DNA of 64,000 nt from Azolla caroliniana (GCA_043228905.1 JBHGNT010000005.1:16182001-16246000); one strand, 5' to 3'. Counted from the first letter of the stretch, positions 1 to 14,009 are shown. The notes: generated by a model not told the origin, from the sequence alone. Translations and numbers: made by a program.

Positions 1-1618
1 CTTGCCCCGGCTACAAAGATGACAATCATTCGAACTGTGATTGCGCTCGTAGCAGCAAAGGGTGGCACCTCCACCAAATGGATGTAAAGAACACCTTCTT
101 ACAAGGTGAGTTAGACGAGGAGGTGTACATGGTACAACCACCCAAATTTGTGTTGAGTATGCATCCTACAATTGTTTGTCAAGTCAAGAAGCCTCTCTAC
201 GGTCTCAAGTAGGCACCAAGAGCATGTCATTCGAAGATAACCCAATATCTTCATCAAATCGGCTTCAACATGTCCAAGTCCAACAACTCTCTATTCATCC
301 GGAGCGACTGTAGAAGACATGTATTTATCATCATTTATGTGGATGACTTGGTCATAGGAGGAGAGCATTTAGTAGATATTGAGCACATCAAGAAGCTCCT
401 CTCTAGCCGATTCGAAATGAAAGACATTATATCCTCAATCTTCTTTACAAGTTTGGGATGACACAGTGTAAGCCCGTCACTACCCCTCTCGATTGAAATC
501 TAAAGCTAAATGTCCATTTTGGCACAAGAGAGTGTGAGCCGACGCTCTATCGTCAGCTTGTCAGAAGCCTCATCTACCTCACAACTACCCGACCCGACCT
601 GAGTTACCCGGTCGGCCTCCTTAGCTAGTTCATGCAAACTCTGCGAGACATCCATCTCGACTGTGCTAAGCGAGTGCTAAGGTATGTGAGTGGAATGATG
701 GATTTCGGCATCGTCTACAGATCAGATACACTGATTCGACTAAAAGGGTATATTGATGCCGACTGGGCCGGCTACAGAGCCAAACGATGATCGACATTCA
801 GATTTGTTTTCTCTCTCGGCAACGACGCCATATCGTGGAGTAGTAAGAAACAACCGACAGTCGCATTGTCCAACACCGAAGCCGAATACAAGGGCGTGGC
901 CATAGCCGCATGTCAAGTTGTTTGGCTCAAGAGAATACTGAAGGACCTGGGCGTTGCCACCAAGGATCCGATTCCCTTGTATTGTGCAACATGAGCAACA
1001 TCCACCTGGACCGAAACCTAGTTTTTCATGCTCGGACCAAGCACATCAAAGTGCATTATCACTTCATTCAAGAACATGTTTTGGCCAGTGATGTCGACTT
1101 ACAACACATCAACACGAACCTGTAGACGATCGACTTCTTCACCAAGGCCCTGGGAGTCGACAAGCTATGAGATTTTACGACGAACCTGGGTCTTTCAATC
1201 ATCGACCAACCGAGCTTGAGGGGGAATAAGGAATCAAAGCAGAAGCTGAACCCAGAGTCAACTCAAAGCCAACCCGAAGACCAGTCTGAACTAACCATCA
1301 GATGACTGGAAGTTGTGTTTGAAGGGGCGTGTTGAGAATCAAACTCAACTTCCCGTGTGTGGGAACACACTATAGGATACTCAAGTGTGTGAACAACCCA
1401 CATCCTTGTATAGTAACTAGTGTGTCATAGAAGTTAATGTTCTATGACACATATTCTTTAAGTAGTTAACACATGACCTCTTTCCCAAGAGGCGGTACTA
1501 GTGAGAGAACTAAGAGAGAAGGTGACTACATAAGCACCTTCTCCTTCTCTTTGTTTGTTGTTGCTCATTCTTGTTCTCCTTGTAATACATTTTTTTGTAA
1601 CTCACTCTCTCTCTCTCT

Positions 1619-1662
<44 letters not shown>

Positions 1663-1699
1663 TTCTTCCACTGCACAAAATCACCCTCGGTTCTTTACA
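1..1699 (+). mobile_element. Ty1/copia element A, 3' part: decayed RT/RNase H, PPT and 3' LTR (1330-1699)
   Basis: Broken frames with YVDDL, WSSKKQ and HARTKHI motifs. Purine tract GAAGGGGCG precedes TGTTGAGAATC...TTCTTTACA, the same LTR family as 51116-51509. Confidence 0.9.
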
Positions 1700-1799
1700 A
1701 GAACCCAGGCCCTACACCGACCAACGACCAACGACCGGAGCCGAACAGACAACAACAGACACTCGACAGTCGGCTTGAGCACTAGAAGCTAGGCAGTCA

Positions 1800-3554
1800 C
1801 AAGTCGAATTGTGACCACCACCTTTGATGAAACAAAAGAGTCAATGGTTGGCACCACAATGAGTTTCCACTGATCAACAACATCAAGAAGAATGACGGCT
1901 GAAGAAAAGAAGCTCAGTCGAACAACAACAACAATAGTCAACCGAGCAACTGATTGGGGAATCAGTCAAACCCGCACAACGAGGAACAATAGAGAAGGGG
2001 AAGGCGTTGATAATCTCCTCGAGCGAGGTTCTTGGAATTCTAGACATCCCACCAACGACCAATGAATTCGTGGCCCTACTCCAGTACGACACTTCCTATG
2101 ATCTGGTAGATTGGCTAGCAAAGTGCTTAGCGCAAGAACACAAGGATTGAGAAATGATTCAGAAGGCCATGCTTGGAGACCTTGAGCCAGAAGAAGAACG
2201 GGAGTTGCAACGAATCGGTCAATAACGCGATGCCAAGAATAAAGGTACGACGATTCAAATATCTCCTCGTCACATTGATCTCATTGAAGTACACTAGGAC
2301 TTAGCTAGAACCAATAGAGCAGCAAGAGACATGGCCAAAGCATGTAAAAGGGTGACAATGACAACCACCCAGATGCATAAAGAGTGGTTGGCCACAAAAA
2401 AGAGTAACGAGGAGTCGTCGGTTCGACTTCAACAGGTAGAAGTAAAGTTAAAAGAAGCCGAAGAGCATATGCAAACTTGTGATTTTGCTTGGATCCCACA
2501 TGTACCTGACAAACAAGTATGGGATTAGCTACAAGAAACGGAGAAAGAAATGGAACGAGCGAATCGGAGGGTGGAAAAAGCCGAAGAGAAGTTCCAGAAA
2601 ATGAAGGATTGAATCAAGTTAGCCAAAATGCAACTCGGGGCCCTTCTAGATGCCAAGGATGGAGAAATAAAGGTCCTTAGTGAACAACTACAACAACAAA
2701 CGGCGGTTAAACAAGAAGAACAAGAGAAAGTCGACGAGCTCAAATTGTATATTAAGATGCAAGAGGCACAATTTTCGGAATACATGGCTAAGCTTGAACA
2801 GGAGAAAGACAAATTGATCAGGCAACACACCGAGCTTGAAGCGAAATATGAACAAAAGAGACTGGCATTGTTGGGGGCCGAGGCAAAGCTGCAGTTTGAT
2901 CAAGGTTTGGCAGCAAACCTACTTGCTGAAATGAGGGAATTGGCTAGTATGCAGTACAGAGCAAGCATGGGAGAAGAGAAAGTCCGCCTCATTTTATTGG
3001 CGCACAAGGCCAAGATGCAGCAGATGGTGCTCAAATCCCTAGACAAAGGCTGGAACACATGGTCGACACAAGCCGTTGAATTACAATTATTGAGAGCATA
3101 CCATGACGACAGAAAGAAGTAAGGTTAGGGATTCTTCAATATGGACGAAGCAACGATCACCACAATCCAAGAAAAGCTCGCTAAAGACCTATATGAGTTG
3201 TCCACAAGCCACAGGGAAGAGATCACCAAGCTCATGGAGGACTACGACAACCATCACATGGCCACTATCATGCAGATAGATGCTTATGAGAGAGAATGTC
3301 GACAACGTATAGGCGAATTAGGAGCAACCCGTGATAAGGACCCATATCCCAACGAATTAGGCCACACAGTACTAGTGAACGATATTGCGGTCGACACAGA
3401 GCCAGAGGAGGCTAAATCAAAATTGACCAAGAGGAGCCCCATCCATCTGATGCCGAAGCTTAAGCCGAATTTGTTTGACATACTAGACGAGGACGTGAGT
3501 GGAAGTGACGACGGCGACCCGATCGATGACGCACAAGAGGATGACCAAGGGTAA
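1800..3554 (+). pseudogene. Interrupted Glu/Lys/Gln-rich coiled-coil ORF, probably a retroelement accessory ORF
   Basis: Collinear ORF pieces 2331-2528, 2628-3122 and 3141-3554 separated by stops. No recognisable domain and no introns evident. Confidence 0.45.
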
Positions 3555-3881
3555 AGGGCGGGGTTCGACCGTGCAAGGCATTGTCCCATAGGCTTGCCAT
3601 GTGTTAGCAGGTCGGCTACTCGAGGGACACAGATTGACAAGTTGGAGTTAGAGTCGGAAAGCATATAAGTATTAAAGGGAAGATTTTAAAATGTAATTGT
3701 AGCCGGGTAAAAAAATATAGTAATTTAGGAAATAGAACGGTTTGTTACAACTGTAGGTTCTTGCTGAACAAGGCAAGTGTAATCTTGGAAAGAGACTCTC
3801 GGGTCACCTATAAAAAGGGTCCAAGAGTATTATATTTGTATCAGTCTATTTTGGTTAATATAAGTTTTGGTAGTTAGAGTA

Positions 3882-4432
3882 TGTTAGGATCCTGACCGGC
3901 CACAACCGGTTTCACTTCCGAATATTCGGGTGCAAGGATCAAGAAAGATAGTGCATAGACAGAAAAAATGAGAAGGCAGAAAACGAGAAACAGAGACACA
4001 ATATTTAACGTGGAAACCCCGAAAGGGAAAAACCACGGGGGTCCACAAACCGCAAGAAACAAATCACTATAATCCAGAGAGGAATACAAGAGACTTGGAG
4101 GCAATGATCTCGAGCTCGTCTTCATCTAACAGACGGCGGTGGAGTTACAACTCACACACACTCTCACTCTCTCTTTGTTACTTAGTTACAGACGCAACAA
4201 CCTTCTCTAACTATACTACAATGATAAACTCTATCTCTGCTTATAAGTTTGCCCTAGTTGTATTTATACTTCTTCCTAGCTATTTACATACATAGCCCAC
4301 AAGGGGCCCATTTGGACTATTTATAAATGCAATCTCCCAAATTGGCTATTAAATCGATTTTCAATTTCAGCCGAGGCTGACTTTCCTTGATTCGAGATCC
4401 TCTTCCCATCCAGAGGGACCTTCTATCCAACA
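3882..4432 (-). mobile_element. LTR-like segment (copia type)
   Basis: TGTT...AACA ends. Contains the reverse complement of the CCGTGGTTTTTCCC...GGGTTTCCACG motif also seen in LTRs at about 21990 and 57020. Flanks GAGTA/TGGTA are not a clean TSD. Confidence 0.55.
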
Positions 4433-4699
4433 TGGTATTTGTTGTGTCGACTACTTTGTGTATCTTTTTTATCTATCGCATGTTCGCATTCAGCCTCAAC
4501 TGCACAAATTATATTATATCTAATAGTCGATCAGGAGCATATGTCTAATCGTAATAACTAATCTTTGTATACTGATTTCTGAGAGTAGAACTAGTATCGA
4601 CCAATCCATCTCTTCACCATAGTCTTCTTGACCGAACGTTTAGAGTTGAACGTTCGACCTATTGTGTCTGTCAACCACAACAATCGGTTGTTGGCAGAT

Positions 4700-5906
4700 C
4701 AACATGACTCAAGAAGAGTCTTTATGGACTCAAGTAGGCACCGAGGCAATGTTATTAAAAATTTGACAACTTCATGCCATCTATTGGATTTTCTCGGAGT
4801 GATGAGGAACAATGTCTCTATTCAAAGAATGTAGAAGATGGGTCACCCACCTTCCTCATCCTCTACATGGACGATATGCTTCTCTCTGGACGAAATACCG
4901 AAGAGCTTGCCTAACTCATTTGGCAATTGCAATTGAAATTCGCTATGAAGGACTTGGGTCTTGTGCCACATATTCTTGGAATGAATATTACTTGGCATTG
5001 TGCTCAAAGACAGTTGTCTGTCTCAGGCCGTCTACATCTGGAGAATTCTAGAGCGATTCAACATACAATTGACTCGATTTGTTTCAACCCCACTACCTAC
5101 CAACCTTTGGCTGTCTCAGAGAGACTGCCCGACATCTGGTCTGACAGGGGATCACATGAAGTCGGTACCGTACACACCAGTTGTTGGCTCTTTGATGTAT
5201 GCCATGGTTGCGACACAACCAAACATAACGCATGCGGTAGGAGTCGTAAGCAGATTTATGCACAATCCCGGTCTACCACATTGGACTACAGTCAAGAATA
5301 TCTTTGGATATCTAGTTGGCACAAAAGACTTCGGCATCCATTTCAAACCGAACGAACCGTCGACTTAGTCAGCTATACTAACTCGGATGTTGCCGGTTGC
5401 CTGAACAACCAAAAGTTGACATTTGAATACCTCTTTCGATTCGGGCACGGAGCCATCTCATGGAAGTCAAAACTTCAGGAGTGTATGACTACTACTTCTA
5501 CGACCAAAGCTGAATATGTAGCTACGTTTGACGCTGCTAAAGAAGCACTATGACTAGCTTGCATGTTTCGACAAGCCGACCCGAATTCGGCCCCATTTGT
5601 ATTTAGCGATAGTGAAGGAGCAGTGGCGTTAGAGAAGCATTCGGTGCATCACAATGCCTCAAAGCATATTGAAGTTTGATACCATTTCATTCAGGACTGT
5701 GTGACCAACGACAAGCTCGGCCCATAGAAGATTTCCACACTTGACAATGTTGCAGATGAAAACAATTTTGGCCCAACTACGACAGAAGTCATAACATATC
5801 ATCTCTTGTTGTATCTGTATTTAGTTTTCTTTCTTATTCTTACAAATTCTTTTGTAATATGCCCATTATGAGGGAGTGTCGAATATAGTTGTCTAATGGA
5901 CGTATT
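4700..5906 (+). mobile_element. Decayed Ty1/copia RT-RNase H fragment with PPT and start of an LTR
   Basis: MKDLG, VGSLMYAM, AISWKSKLQ and TKAEY motifs in shifted frames. ATGAGGGAG then TGTCGAAT at about 5877. Confidence 0.85.
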
Positions 5907-8900
5907 TGTTGGGTGTGTGAGGAAGAGTGAGAGACATACAAGAAGCACACACAAGAAGCTCAGACAAGAAGCACTCACACGAAGCTCAGACAAGAAGCAC
6001 TCACACAAAGAAGGCAATGGATGGAATAGCTCTCTCTATTGATGAAATAATAGAAACCTAGTAAGAGTTGAAATATATATCCCTAAGTACTAAGTACCAC
6101 CACATATGAGTGACTCATGTATGTGGTAACATGGGGAAAAAACCTCTAGCCAGCACTAGAGTAAAAAGTGCCCATGTATAGGGAAAATGGTTCACATCAA
6201 AGCTACTCGAGGAACACGTAAGTGTAACAAACCCCCCCTGGAGTGAATGATGTGAACATGTACAAGGAGTGACAGATCAGCCCCCACAAGGCAATAAGCC
6301 TAAAGCTTTGCGAAAAGCTTAAAACTTTTCTCGTGGAAGAGCTTTGGTGAATATCTCTGCCACATTATCTTGTGTAGGCACATATACCAAATCAATATCT
6401 CATACATGAAGGCGCTCTCTCACATAGTTATAATGCACCTCAGTATGTTTGGTCCGTGCATGAAATACAGGATTTCGTGCAACAGCCAATGCACTCTGAC
6501 TATCTATGAGAATACGTGTAGCAACATCAGTCTCCATGCAAAGATCCATCAAAAGGCGTCTTAGCCATATACACTCCACTGTAGCTGTGAAAACTACCCT
6601 GTACTCAGCTTCACAACTTGATGTTGCCACTGTAGGTTACTTTTTACTCAACCAAGATATACATGAGTTTCAAAGGAAAAAGCAATTACCACTAGTGGAC
6701 ACGCGGGTATCGTAACAACCAACCCAATCCCTATTTGTAAAAGCATGTAAGCATGGCTGAGTATCTCTGCCATAAAACAGACCCAAGCTCAAAGTGCCTC
6801 TAAGATATCTAAACACACATTTCACTGCTTGCCAATGCTTAGTGCCGGGGCTATGCATGAATCAACTCAACTAGGAGACTTCATACTGTATATCCGGCCT
6901 TGTATTGCATGCATATATAAGACATCCCACAGCTTGTTGATAAAGAGAAGTATGAAATGCATCACTAGGATCCTCAACAGAGAACCTAAATCCTGTCTCC
7001 ATAGGTGTGGAAACCGGCTTGCAATCCTCAAAGTCAAAACACTAAAGTAGTTTTTCAACATACTTTCCTTGATGCATAACCATTCCCCCCTCAACGGATA
7101 CAAACTGGATGCCAAGATAGTAGCTCAAAAGACCAAGATAAGTGACTGCAAAAGTATGCTGCAAATTAGCCATAAGAGAGTCAAGTTTTGCATCACATGA
7201 CCCAGTCAAGAGTATGTCATCAACATATAGAACGAGCACTAGAAGATCAGCCCCATCTTTGCGTACATAAAGTGTGCTTTCAATTGGACTACATGTGAAG
7301 CCAAGAGCAATCAAGTGCTTATGGATTTTTTCATACCATGCATGTGGAGCTTGCTTGAGACCATACAAGGCCTTATGCAAGCGACAAACCATATGCTCTT
7401 TCTCTTTCATAGAAAATCCAGGTGGTTGCTTCACATAAACCTCTTCTTGCAAATCACCATTTAAGAAAATTGTTTTTATGTCCAATTGATGCATTTTCCA
7501 ACCTCTTTGGGCAGCCAATGCAACCACGGTATGAATGGTAGTCATGTGTGAAGTAGGTGCAAAAGTTTCCTCATAATCAAAGCCATATTGTTGTGCATAT
7601 CCTTTGGCAATCAATCTAGCTTTGTAGCGATCAATACTACCATCAGACTTTCGTTTAATCTTGTAAACCCACTTAGTACCAATCACATTCTTTCCTTTTG
7701 GCAATTCACATAACTCCCAAGTACCATTCTTATGAATGGAATCCATTACTGATTGCATAGCACTCATCTAATGTGGATCATCACATGCATCTTCAAAAGT
7801 AAGTGGCTCCTCATTACATGCTATTGCAACAATAGAATAATCCACAAAATTACTTGATGCATGGCGAGAGCTTGATCTTGTTCTACCAAGTAAAGGTGCA
7901 CTCAATTTTCTATCTTGCAAAGTTTGTTTCAGCCACCTCGGCATAGTTTGTAACCTCTCGATAGCCATATGTTCATTATGTAATACATCTTCAATATGTA
8001 CATCATGTGTGGGCTGAATTTCATACTCATTTTCAGCCACATTTTGTTGCAAATGTTCAGCCATGTTTGGTTGGACATTTCGTGCATTTTCAGCACTTAT
8101 TTGTTGGAAATTTTCATCCCTTTGAAACTCACTTGGATGGTCTACATGTCCATGGTTAAGCGCACCACTTTGGAACAAAGGCATGAGTGTATCAAACACA
8201 TCTTGTGAGCTAATTGTTGGTTGCTTTTTGCATTCAAGAAAAGGGAAAGCTAAACTTTCAGCAAATACCACATCTCGACTGACAATAATTGTGTCTGTCA
8301 ATGAATTATACAAACAATATCCCTTACTTTCAGCACTATAACCAACAAATATGCATTTCTTTGCCTTGTCATCAAGTTTGTGATGTTGTTGTGATGGCAC
8401 AAGAGCATATGCCAAACAACCAAACACACGCATATGACTAACCATAGGTTTATGTCCATTCCAACCCTCATATGGCGTAATGACTCTCAACGCTTTTGTA
8501 GGGCAACGATTCAACACATAATTTGCACACATAACCGCTTCCATCCAAAACTTGTTAGGAAGATGCTTTCCTTTAACCATACATCGTGCCATCCCTAAGA
8601 GTGTTCTATTTTTGCGCTCTGCAACACCATTTTGTTGAGGTGTATATGGTACCATACATTGATGTAAAATGCCGCTTTCATAAAGAAAAGCATTAAACTC
8701 ATGTGACATATATTCACCACCACAATCCATGCGTAGAGTCAAGAGCTTATTTCTGGAAAAAATTTCAGCCATAGCTAAAAATGAATTGAAGCAAGAAAAT
8801 ACCTCATTCTTTGCTTTCATAGGATACACCCATGTGTGGCGTGTTACCGGCCGGCAAAGAAGGCTTAAGGAGGTCCAAACCAGAGTGTGAAAGGAATAGT

Positions 8901-9337
8901 TATTTGGGAACTGTTGTAATTAGTAGTCTTAATATATACATATTATTATATAAGAAGATGTGGACGGACGGACCGGAATCGGTATGCCGATCCGGATCCG
9001 GAACGATTCCGTAAAGGTGCCGGTTGGCACCGTTGTCGGGGTAGTTGTGGTTCGTGCGACGAAGTCGCAGGGACTAAGGTTAAGGGGAGTTGAAGGAACT
9101 TTTATAAGGCTTGCGCGCAAATGTTAGGAAGATAAAGGATATGAAGAATAATAGTTTAAAGTAATATGTGTGAGAGAGAGACTAGTATAGATAAAAGATA
9201 GAGGCAATGTATGATTCAAGACGCAAGATAGAGACAAAGTATGATTTAAGACAAAAAAGTATATGATATGTATTACGAATACAAGATTTTACCAACTTTA
9301 CAATGTTTGGTAGCAAGATGAACCCTTTCTCTACCGA

Positions 9338-9397
9338 CCCTTGATTCGAACTCACGACCTCAACTTCGAAACGAGAGGTTCTCCACCCAATGAGCTA
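9338..9397 (-). other. tRNA-like A/B-box cassette (not a complete tRNA)
   Basis: Minus strand reads TAGCTCATTGG...GGTCGTGAGTTCGAATC, with tRNA-like spacing. Confidence 0.65.
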
Positions 9398-9652
9398 GTC
9401 TTCTTCAATTGATTGTATTATTTTTTTCACTCTTTCTTGATTCCTTCCCTTGTTTTCCCTTTCCCCTCTTTATATAAGTGTTGCCATGCATATGGTAATG
9501 TATGGGAGCATGGCATGCATGCAATGCATGAGTTACATGTAATGCATGATCGCCATTTGGCGCACATGCATTGCATGTGATGAATGATGGCTATGTATGA
9601 AAATAGATATGGATAAGTATAATGATGAAAATGCATTTTAAAATAACTAACC

Positions 9653-9844
9653 TAGCTTAGTGGTGTATGCTTGGTGCTTGGTATACAAGGTTGAGGGTTC
9701 AAGTCCCTCAATTTTACTTAATACAATATATAGCTTCATTCTTATATCATGAAGTACATTTATTACACACTTTACAAATAAATAACTTAGCCTAGTGATA
9801 TGTACATTGTACATCATATATAAGGATGTGGGTTCAAGTCTCTC
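9653..9844 (+). other. Two tandem tRNA-like A/B-box cassettes (about 135-bp period)
   Basis: TAGCTTAGTGG (9653) with perfect T-arm GAGGG-TTCAAGT-CCCTC (9693-9709). TAGCCTAGTGA (9788) with GTGGG-TTCAAGT-CTCTC (9828-9844). Confidence 0.7.
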
Positions 9845-10749
9845 AAATATTATTAAATACAACATTTAAGCTCATTTTTATATCGTGAAGCACATTCTTC
9901 ACGACACCGTTTTGTATTTCGCACCGGAGACCTATATAAAGGCCCGGTTACAATGTAATGAGGAGCGGATAATTAATAAAGCTTATTGTCTTAATCTTCA
10001 AGTGTTGATTACCGTTCTGTATTTATTGTTATATCTTATGCGTGTTAATTACGGATGACTAAGTAATCGATTAAGGTCTAATTAAGCATTGTGCCGTAAG
10101 TCATTATGCCATACCATCCTTTGGTGATGTGTCTTAAGTGGACACCCTGTGTTAGGCTATTGTCCGGCCCTAGCAATAACATGGCGAGTAGCATCATCAA
10201 TGAAGGTAACAAAATATACATGCTTTCCAAAAGATGGAGTCTTTACAGGACCACACACATCACTATGAACAAGTTGTAATTTTCTTGTAGTGTGTGTATT
10301 ACTATCTTTTGGAAAAGAAGCACGATGCATTTTTCCAAGAATGCAACCTTTACATGCATGTTTTTCAATGGACTCAAGTGTAGGCAACCCAATAACCATA
10401 TCCTTCTTTTACAAGTGAAGCAAACTATTGAAGTTCAAGTGACCAAAACGAGCATGCCAAAGCTCCATTTCAGCCATGGAAAAAGTATGGACAACCAAGG
10501 CATTTAGAGAAGCCCTCTTGTATGTATCCAAACGATACAAGCCATTGCATAATGTACCGGACATCACGATGTCACGAAAATACGACGAAGATACATGAAC
10601 TTGAGGCAAGACCTTGGGGCCTCCGACCAGAGGATATCATATTTGTATGTTTACGTTTTAAGAATTAATCGAAATGACAAAGTTTGATAATTTTCATTAG
10701 CAAAGAAAAAGAAAGTTACAATGTATCCCAAGATTGGGATTACAAAAGT

Positions 10750-11055
10750 TTAGGGTTTGTGAGATATGGCTTTAATAAGAAACAATTAGGTTTCAAATTT
10801 TATATGGCTTTCATAAAAAAAAATTAGGGTTATTCGAGAGATATGGCTTCCGTAAGGAAAATTAAGGTTTTTGAGAGATGTGGCCTCCGTAAGGAAATTA
10901 GGGTTTATGACTTCCGTAAGGAAATTAGAGTTTTTGAGAGATATGACTTTCGTAAGGAAATTGGGGTTTATGACTTTCGTAAGGAAATTAGGGTTTTTGA
11001 GAGCTATGGCTTCCGTAAGGAAATTAGGGTTTTTTATTCCGTAAGGAAATTAAGA
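10750..11055. repeat. Tandem array of CGTAAGGAAATTAGGGTTT-based units in the G1 3' LTR
   Basis: About 7 degenerate units alternating about 27 and 36 bp, containing the telo-box AAACCCTAA on the minus strand. Confidence 0.9.
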
Positions 11056-12984
11056 ACCAAGAGAAGGAAGGTGGCGGCGAGGAAGCGAAGGTCAAAGCCG
11101 ATGCGTACGGTGAAGAGGCAAGCATAATGGAGACATGCTTGATCGAGAAGGTCAATGGGTATGCGGCCCATGAGTTTGAAGAGATGGCCACAGATAACAA
11201 CTTAGAGGTAGAGGTTGCTATGGACAACACAATGAAGGAGGCTGACAAGTGTGCTACGACTTCCTCCCCACTACTTCAAGAGATTTGGGCAATGGTGGAC
11301 GGGGACATATCGATCGGTGGAGAAAGGGCCATCACCGAAGAGACATATCCAAACCAAATTAAGACCCAAGAGAAGGAAGGTGGCGGCGAGGAAGCAAAGG
11401 TCAAAGCTAATTGATATGATGAAGAGGTCAAACAAAGCACAATGGTGCATGACAAAGACCAAACGAACGAAGTGAATTCGAAGGGCGTTCCTTGGTATAT
11501 GATCACAATATCCAACTCAAAAGAGGACACCATTACAAATATCAAACAATCGATGGTCAACTCTCACATGAGCGCATACCATGAAAAAGGAAGAAGTGGG
11601 AAAAATGCAATGTGGTCGTCTAAGGGCGTAAATGTGAGCATGTACTTGAAGCATGGGCTACAAGGAGTAGTCAAAGTCAATGTTTGGATGAGGCCTAACA
11701 AAGACAACCTTGGATTGACAGAAGAAGGAAGATTGAAATTCCTTGACCATGAAGATGATCAAAACAAAGGTGGCACATGCATGGTGCATGAAGCGTTATG
11801 CTTGGGGAAGACGGAAGAGGCCATGACAATCGGTCGTGGCGGTGCAAAGCTCGGACGAAGGATTTGGTGGTTTGGATGGTCTCCATGGCTATGGTGGAAA
11901 GAATGGTCGTTGTGGCATTGGAAGAAGAGATATAAGGAGCCAACGAGTTGGTTCAATGTCATCTCCATCACAGATACTTAGGTTAGAAAGAAAGGAAAAT
12001 ATTCGGACAAGGATTAAAGATTTCAACTAGGAGGATGAAACCTCACTTGGCACATACCGGAGGATGTGCAGATTTGGTGGGGGTGGATGTTGTGATGTTT
12101 TCGACACATAGTGTGAAACCACCCTAAAAAGAGAATAAAATAGTAGTCCAAATAAACTAATGTTGTTAAATCAACTATAGTAATAAATGAAAGGATAAAA
12201 AGTTAGAAGCGGTTTTCGAAAGTAGACAAAAATAGAGAAAAAGATAGGAAAAGAAAAGCTAGCTGTGGATATGAGGAGCAAGGTTGAGTAAAAAGCTCGT
12301 AATTTCCTCGTCCAATGTCAAAATTAGAAAAGGAAAGATGAATAAGAAAGATAACAGAAATAGCTTTCTACGAGTAGCTTGCATGTCAGATTTGACATTA
12401 TAGAACAGAAATAGTGATAAAAAGAAAAGTAGACTCATATAGAGAAATATTTGGAAAAAAGAAAGAAAGAAAGGAAGCACACAATCCTAAACCTATAAAT
12501 AAGAGCTTATTTTAACAAGAATGGGGAGGGGATTTGAAGAAGAAAAGATTTATGTTTCCTCCTCATACTCTTATACCCTAAAAGGGGATAGAAAAAAAAT
12601 CATGTAACAAAATAGATCCATTATAGTGATGATTTAGCAATAAAAAGCTTTCCATGTTTCCTCACTCATGATCTCTTTCTTTAAACTTTTCTTATGTATA
12701 AGTAAAATTAAGTGTTATTCATGCTTGCTTACTCTAAGCCTTCTTACTCATAAGAATAATTAAGTATTATTCAATCTCGCATAATCTCCTACTCGAAGAT
12801 TTGCTTATGCATAAATGTAATTAACTATTATTCGATCTCTTATACTACCAATTTACTCTTATTAGAGGGAAATCTCTCGTCTTTAAGCTTAAAGTGCATT
12901 ATGCGTTAAGCCTTAAATCCTTCTGGTTCAGAACACCGACGGTTCCGCCTCACGATCCACACTCACTGGCGGATTTTCACGACA
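11052..12984 (+). mobile_element. 3' half of a related gag-only element in the opposite orientation; LTR 12088-12984
   Basis: TQEKEGGGEEAKVKA repeats homologous to 13183-14250 (minus). PPT GGTGGGGGTGGA. LTR ends match those at 58727 and 50267. Confidence 0.8.
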
Positions 12985-14009
12985 CTGTTTCATGTGTAGT
13001 AAAATGCGTTATGAAGCTCTTGAAGACATCTATCTTTCCATATCAAACCATTAAGCTAATCTTAAATAATTATTTTACTAGTTTTCATATCGTGTGTGAA
13101 AAACCACATGACATTCACCCCCACCAAACCTGCACATCCACCGGTATGTGTCAATTTTGGTGAGGCTCCTCGTTTAATTACTCTACTTCATCAATGTTTC
13201 TTCTTTATACCCGAACTGCCATTGCCATCCGATCCACCATATTCTTCGCTCACTTTTTGCATTTCTGTGGCTGGTTGCCATGGCTCCCTTTTCTCTTGTA
13301 GAGCATAATGCTTCATGCTTTGTGCATGTGCCACCTTCATCTCGACCATCTCCTTGGTCATCAAACTTTCTTTTATCATCCTTTCTTGTTCCATGCATGC
13401 CTTTTGAAGGCCTTATTGGAATACTATTGTTGAGTACTCTTAGTGGTCCATTCTTCAATTGCATACTCACCTGTAGGTCCTTAAGTGAACACATTTCATG
13501 CTTCTCACTTTTTCTACTTTTGTGGTATACTCTCGTGTTGGAGTTGACCATGACGTCCATGCTAGTGTCATCCTTGTTAGATTTTGTGATTACATCTTTT
13601 GGATCCATTTGACCCACTTGGCCCTCGTCTTCCCTTATCGTGCTTCTCTTCGGCTCTTTGTTGCAATCATCAGCTTTCATCATTGTGCTTCGTTTGGACT
13701 CTTCATCGTACACTTCGGCTTCATCCTTTGCTTCCTTGGAGCCACCTTTTGTCTCTTGGGTCTCACGCTGGTTCCTAGATGCAACTACCCAAATCTCTAG
13801 AACATCTATGAAGGAATTATTATCTTGATCATCGCTTTCCTTTGTCGTGTTGTCCATAGTCATCTCCTTGATTATGTCTTTGTCACACGCATCAGCTTTC
13901 GTCATTCTGCTTTGCTTTACTTCCTTGTTGCATGCACTAGCTTCAACCCTTGCTTCCTCGCCGCCACCGTCCTTCTCTTGGGTCTTACATTGGTTAATGC
14001 CCAAGTCTC

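Larger units (their letters stand above)
9034..9906 (-). mobile_element. Solo LTR of the TGTCG...CGACA group with three tRNA-like cassettes and an RY cluster
   Basis: TGTCG/CGACA termini and 4-bp TSD CCGT (9030-9033 / 9907-9910). Minus-strand TATA CTTATATAAAG at about 9468-9478. Confidence 0.82.
8842..10181 (+). mobile_element. Solo LTR inserted in the integrase of element B, itself interrupted at 9034-9906
   Basis: TGTTA...TAACA ends and 5-bp TSD TGGCG (8837-8841 / 10182-10186). Removal rejoins FIDDATRH-TWVYPMK. TATA box at about 9933. Confidence 0.88.

Noticed and set aside
9338-9844. Functional tRNA genes
   Set aside because: No 7-bp acceptor stems or canonical anticodon arms. Only A/B boxes and partial D/T arms are present.
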